Source of the DNA: a virus
Lineage: Duplodnaviria > Caudoviricetes
Length of the DNA stretch: 28,181 bases
Strand: one strand, 5' to 3'
IMG/VR virus record: IMGVR_UViG_3300044580_000520
Location: 1 to 28,181 of that record
Both the position numbers and the translations under genes were made by a program. Every line of letters starts with the position of its first letter. Position 1 is the first letter of the stretch. The notes beneath the pieces were generated by a model. The model had not been told where the DNA came from. It saw only the letters and a list, made by a program, of their open reading frames with translations, and did no database searches. Of this stretch, positions 24,785-28,181 are shown in pieces.

Positions 24785-25848
24785 AAGTAATCTTTCTCTT
24801 CTAAAAGTCCTAAATCTTCTTCCATGTCATCATCTTGGGTTGATTCGGGGTTATCGTTGTAAACGCTCTGGTCTAAGTTTGGCTCTTGGCTGTTCTCTGT
24901 TTGTTCTGCTGGAATTGGCTTAAATATATCAAGGATTCTTTGAAAGAGGCTCTTAGGTTTAGGTTTGGGTCTGGGTTTAGGCATGTAACTAAACCATTTC
25001 GCTCTTATCTTATAGTTTATTTGATATGGCTTTCCTTGCTGTTTCCATGTGGGGCTAGTGAATGTTTGCCCCTCAAAGAACCAATTGCGTTGAGGCAATT
25101 CTGAAAAGTTAACGTTATACTGCTTTTCTAACCTTCTATGGTAGGATGTTTTATCGCTCTCTGGAATCTTACCATAAGCCGTTAGTTGCTTCGTCCTTAT
25201 AGTTTTGCTAAAATCTGTTTCACGTTGGCAACAGGTATAAAATGCTTCTAAGTTGTTTCTGCCTTCATTGAATACAGTTAAGAATTCCTCTGCTTCTGCT
25301 TTCATCGTTGACCTAACGTTAAACGCATCCTGTGCTTCTTCAATAAAGTAGGCTATCTTCTGTTTAGGTTGGTTGTTAACTGTTGTTTCTCTTTGCTCTC
25401 TCTGTAGTGCATCAAGATAGTTTATGACTGTACGGATAAAGAAACCACGTTTGGAAGGTTTTCGACTTTTTAGCCTAAATAGTATGTCTTTTTCGCTGTC
25501 TAATGCTAACTTTACTAAATTCCAATTGTTCAAGCTGTACCGTTCTAACTGTTCTGTTGTTTCTATGTCCTTAGCTAAGGTAATGTCGTGTTCTCCAACT
25601 GTAAACACTGGAATCTTTGAAAACCCATAGAGCCAAGCTTCTGAGCCGTCAAAGCAAATTACTCTGGTGTCTGGTAAAATTCGCAAATATTGAGCCATCG
25701 AAAACAGCAATCTTGTTTTTCCGTGTCCTTTACTTGCATTGGCATGAATTCCGCCTTCGCTTAATCCTTGTTGTACTATGCTCTGAAACTGCTTTTCGCT
25801 ATGGTCATTGATGTTAGACTGCTTAGGGGTTCCGTGGTGTTTTACCAT
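24778..25848 (-). CDS. P-loop ATPase, FtsK/HerA-like
   Basis: Walker A ASKGHGKT, VICFDGS, Walker B YFIEEAQD, EGRN arginine finger, YTCCQR sensor; Pro/Lys linker and acidic tail. Confidence 0.75.
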   Translation of the reverse strand: MVKHHGTPKQSNINDHSEKQFQSIVQQGLSEGGIHANASKGHGKTRLLFSMAQYLRILPDTRVICFDGSEAWLYGFSKIPVFTVGEHDITLAKDIETTEQLERYSLNNWNLVKLALDSEKDILFRLKSRKPSKRGFFIRTVINYLDALQREQRETTVNNQPKQKIAYFIEEAQDAFNVRSTMKAEAEEFLTVFNEGRNNLEAFYTCCQRETDFSKTIRTKQLTAYGKIPESDKTSYHRRLEKQYNVNFSELPQRNWFFEGQTFTSPTWKQQGKPYQINYKIRAKWFSYMPKPRPKPKPKSLFQRILDIFKPIPAEQTENSQEPNLDQSVYNDNPESTQDDDMEEDLGLLEEKDYLW

Positions 25849-26049
25849 GCCATAAGTTGACTATTGGCGTTCATTTAAGCCTCTGCTTCGATGAACTTCG
25901 ATAATTTTAGCCCTTTTTTGACTGAAAAGCCCAAATAGGTCACCGATTACACACATAGGGCAGCCTCAAACTAGTTTTTTCAGAAAAGTTGGCATTCAAT
26001 TAATAGCTCTATATTATTCTTAAAAAAACAAGCGATAAAATGATGTCGT

Positions 26050-26154
26050 GTCAAAAATGTAGGCTGCCTCTAATGGTGAATTATACTCTAGTAAGACGTT
26101 AGAGTACTGAGTGATGATGTGTGAGACTTTAGAGGTAGCCCACAATTTTTTGAC
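26050..26154. repeat. Long imperfect inverted repeat with a nested hairpin
   Basis: GTCAAAAATGTAGGCTGCCTCTAA (26050-26073) vs TTAGAGGTAGCCCACAATTTTTTGAC (26129-26154); inner TACTCTA/TAGAGTA (26084-26090 / 26100-26106). Confidence 0.7.
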
Positions 26155-26199
26155 CTAACTTTTTAGGTTAGCGTTTTCTCAAGGGGTACGGGGATGTTT

Positions 26200-26322
26200 T
26201 TACTCGGAACATTGCCGATTTATAACTGTTTTACAATCGCCGCAAACATACACAAATAAGTTATCTTGAATAGCTAAATAACAAACAGTAGACCTTTTGC
26301 AGTTTGGACAAATATTACCCAT
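26200..26322 (-). CDS. 40-aa zinc-ribbon protein, not in the ORF track
   Basis: GGAGTGA RBS; MGNICPNCKRSTVCYLAIQDNLFVYVCGDCKTVINRQCSE (CPNC...CGDC). Confidence 0.7.
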   Translation of the reverse strand: MGNICPNCKRSTVCYLAIQDNLFVYVCGDCKTVINRQCSE

Positions 26323-26324
26323 AT

Positions 26325-26534
26325 CTAATCACTCCAATTAAAACTGTATTTCTTGCCTAGACGCTCAAGTTTAACCAATTCTACCCTCTGACTGGCAATA
26401 TCAAAGGGATATTTGGTTATGATTCGTTGGCGCATACGCCTAAACTCTGAACCGCATTCGCTACAACAGTATTTTTGCACTTCATAGAAGGGCTTCTCAA
26501 ACGGCTCATGACACCAACGACAACACGGATTCAA
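26325..26534 (-). CDS. Small treble-clef-like Zn-finger protein
   Basis: CRWCHEPF...QKYCCSECG. Confidence 0.7.
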   Translation of the reverse strand: MNPCCRWCHEPFEKPFYEVQKYCCSECGSEFRRMRQRIITKYPFDIASQRVELVKLERLGKKYSFNWSD

Positions 26535-26550
26535 CTTTATTTAGCGCCTT

Positions 26551-27039
26551 CTAGACGGTTGTTATGTAGCTTTTAATTTTTCCAGAATCGTCTAACTCTA
26601 CAGAACCAAAAGTGTACCCAGAAGTTTCTAGAATACGTTTTGCCTCTTCTGCTTCTATTTTTATTGGCTCATTCATGTGAACCGTTAAAATGTCGGTGCT
26701 TTCTAGGTGTGCTGCCATACATCTGCCTAGTGAAGAGATATCCATGAGGTAGTGCTTTTTATCGTCACCAAATTTTAGAATAATGTTCTCGGTAGCATCT
26801 TCTCTAATTTTCATAGTGCATGATTGTTTGAAAAAGGCTTTTGCCTTATGACCGAAAGCAGTATTATCGTTGTAAGTTTGTACCATTAGAATATCAAAAG
26901 TTGCTTCTCTGCTTATACCTTCTAATTCAGTAGGCTTGTATAACTGACAGGTGTTTCCCGTTATTTCTTTCCAGTAGAAGCTTTTCCCGTCTTGATACCA
27001 CATGCCAAAAGCTGGCTTATGCTTAGTTGATAAACTCAT
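26551..27039 (-). CDS. Hypothetical protein
   Basis: GGTGAGG RBS; overlaps the upstream ORF. Confidence 0.65.
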   Translation of the reverse strand: MSLSTKHKPAFGMWYQDGKSFYWKEITGNTCQLYKPTELEGISREATFDILMVQTYNDNTAFGHKAKAFFKQSCTMKIREDATENIILKFGDDKKHYLMDISSLGRCMAAHLESTDILTVHMNEPIKIEAEEAKRILETSGYTFGSVELDDSGKIKSYITTV

Positions 27040-27610
27040 TAATCCTCACCTGTAAGTTATGCCACTTTAAGCGATTCTCTCTTAGCTTCTGATTATACGC
27101 TTGTTTGGTGAGCTTGACTGACTCAGAATCAAACTCTGATATCGGTAAGTCATGCTTTAGCAGTAATCTACTTTCACCCTGAAACTCTATGTCTATCCCT
27201 GACTTGAGAACTCTTTTTCCCAAAATATTCAAAATTTTTCTGCAACCTGTATTCCCCATCTTTGCCAACTGCTCAGTTTGATTGATAACGTCTGCTTCAT
27301 CTTTCCCCTTTATCCAGCTTGGGTCTATGTCTGAATTTGCTATATCGATTGGAAAATGAACTCTATGCGAATTTGATTCATACTGAGCAGTATCGCCGCC
27401 TTGAGGGGCAGGTTTTGGGCTGTTAACGTATTCTGCTTGCTTGCGTTCTTTTTCATTAATTAAGCGGTCTTTTTCTTGTGATAAGAGCGCCTTAATGGTT
27501 TCATCCTTAGCTTTTAATTGCTCTTCATATTGGCTCTTTAGCCTCTCTTCTAGTGCGACAGTATCGATTTTTATCGTCATGTTTTTAGTTGTTTGCTGTT
27601 CTTCAGTCAT
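27023..27610 (-). CDS. Hypothetical protein with N-terminal coiled coil
   Basis: LEERLKSQYEEQLKAKDETIKALL heptads; GAGGATGA RBS. Confidence 0.65.
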   Translation of the reverse strand: MTEEQQTTKNMTIKIDTVALEERLKSQYEEQLKAKDETIKALLSQEKDRLINEKERKQAEYVNSPKPAPQGGDTAQYESNSHRVHFPIDIANSDIDPSWIKGKDEADVINQTEQLAKMGNTGCRKILNILGKRVLKSGIDIEFQGESRLLLKHDLPISEFDSESVKLTKQAYNQKLRENRLKWHNLQVRINEFIN

Positions 27611-27613
27611 AGC

Positions 27614-27910
27614 TTAGTCATCCTCTATCTGTATCGGCTTAACAGCTCTAGAAAAACGGGCATTTTCACCTAACAATTGAGGTTCAGTATCATGCTTGAT
27701 GAATGGTTCATTTAGTGTCAGGTTAGTGCCTCTAGACTTTGCGAAACTTTTAGGGGATTGGTTTTGAGCTTCTTTATTGATATCAATTGCGTTATTAGTG
27801 GCGGCTAGCTGTGATTGTGAAATAGAGCTAACTATACTATCAATCTCTTCTTTCATAGTTGGTTTATTCCGTTTATCAAAACTCATATCAATCGACATCC
27901 AAAACTTCAT
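27614..27910 (-). CDS. Hypothetical low-complexity protein
   Basis: In operon, flanked by tightly spaced ORFs; start uncertain. Confidence 0.5.
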   Translation of the reverse strand: MKFWMSIDMSFDKRNKPTMKEEIDSIVSSISQSQLAATNNAIDINKEAQNQSPKSFAKSRGTNLTLNEPFIKHDTEPQLLGENARFSRAVKPIQIEDD

Positions 27911-28181
27911 TCAAGGCGTGGTTCTGCCCGTATATGAAATAGCATTTTCTAGGCGTTACAGAAATCAAAACCGTATTCTTAATTGTTGTAACAGCTAACC
28001 TTTGCATTGTGTCAGGTGATTGAGTGGCTAAATCAAATATTTGGTCAAATACTTCCTCAATTAGCTGAGCATTTGAACGCTTACCTAGTTTTACTTTTAA
28101 GTAATCTAATTCTGCATTAAGACGCTTGTTTGAATGAATCTTATATTCGCTTTTACGTACTTTTTTACTTACCATAAACAT
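27888..28181 (-). CDS. Probable ribbon-helix-helix DNA-binding protein
   Basis: YKIHSNKRLNAELDYLKVKLGKRSNAQLIEEVFD strand-helix-G-helix pattern; at the window edge. Confidence 0.5.
   Translation of the reverse strand: MFMVSKKVRKSEYKIHSNKRLNAELDYLKVKLGKRSNAQLIEEVFDQIFDLATQSPDTMQRLAVTTIKNTVLISVTPRKCYFIYGQNHALNEVLDVD

Larger units (their letters stand above)
24778..28181 (-). mobile_element. Part of a second AT-rich integrated element (virus- or plasmid-like)
   Basis: Short co-oriented overlapping ORFs, Zn fingers, RHH-like protein and P-loop ATPase, with no housekeeping genes. Confidence 0.55.

Overview
Archaeal genomic DNA, judged from a tRNA-Gln(CTG) with the archaeal A1-U72 pair, TATA/BRE promoters and GGAGG/GGTGA ribosome-binding sites. 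Bathyarchaeia is my guess for the host and is not proven. Bases 1-14184 (- strand) hold a compact, apparently intact head-tail (HK97-type) virion operon with unusual gene order: protease, cement, major capsid, portal, neck, tail, a ~182-aa tape measure, hub, holin-like protein, TerS, TerL and an ABC-ATPase/GNAT fusion. The tail chaperone has a hidden -1 frameshift, and enzyme-like or beta-rich domains are grafted onto neck and tail proteins. Bases 14.4-22.1 kb are an AT-richer cargo region built as two tandem units. Each unit starts with the same 19-bp motif and ends in a copy of the same HTH gene, one of them truncated. The units carry three candidate defence modules I cannot assign to named systems: multi-wHTH + PD-(D/E)XK nuclease, a nuclease-HD fusion, and S8 protease + nuclease. 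Early regulatory genes (22.1-24.2 kb) lie next to the 3' end of tRNA-Gln. No integrase or recognisable replicase is in the window. Beyond the tRNA (24.5-28.2 kb) is part of a second AT-rich element with a P-loop ATPase, Zn-finger proteins and a structured intergenic region. Several small genes missing from the ORF track were read by hand.
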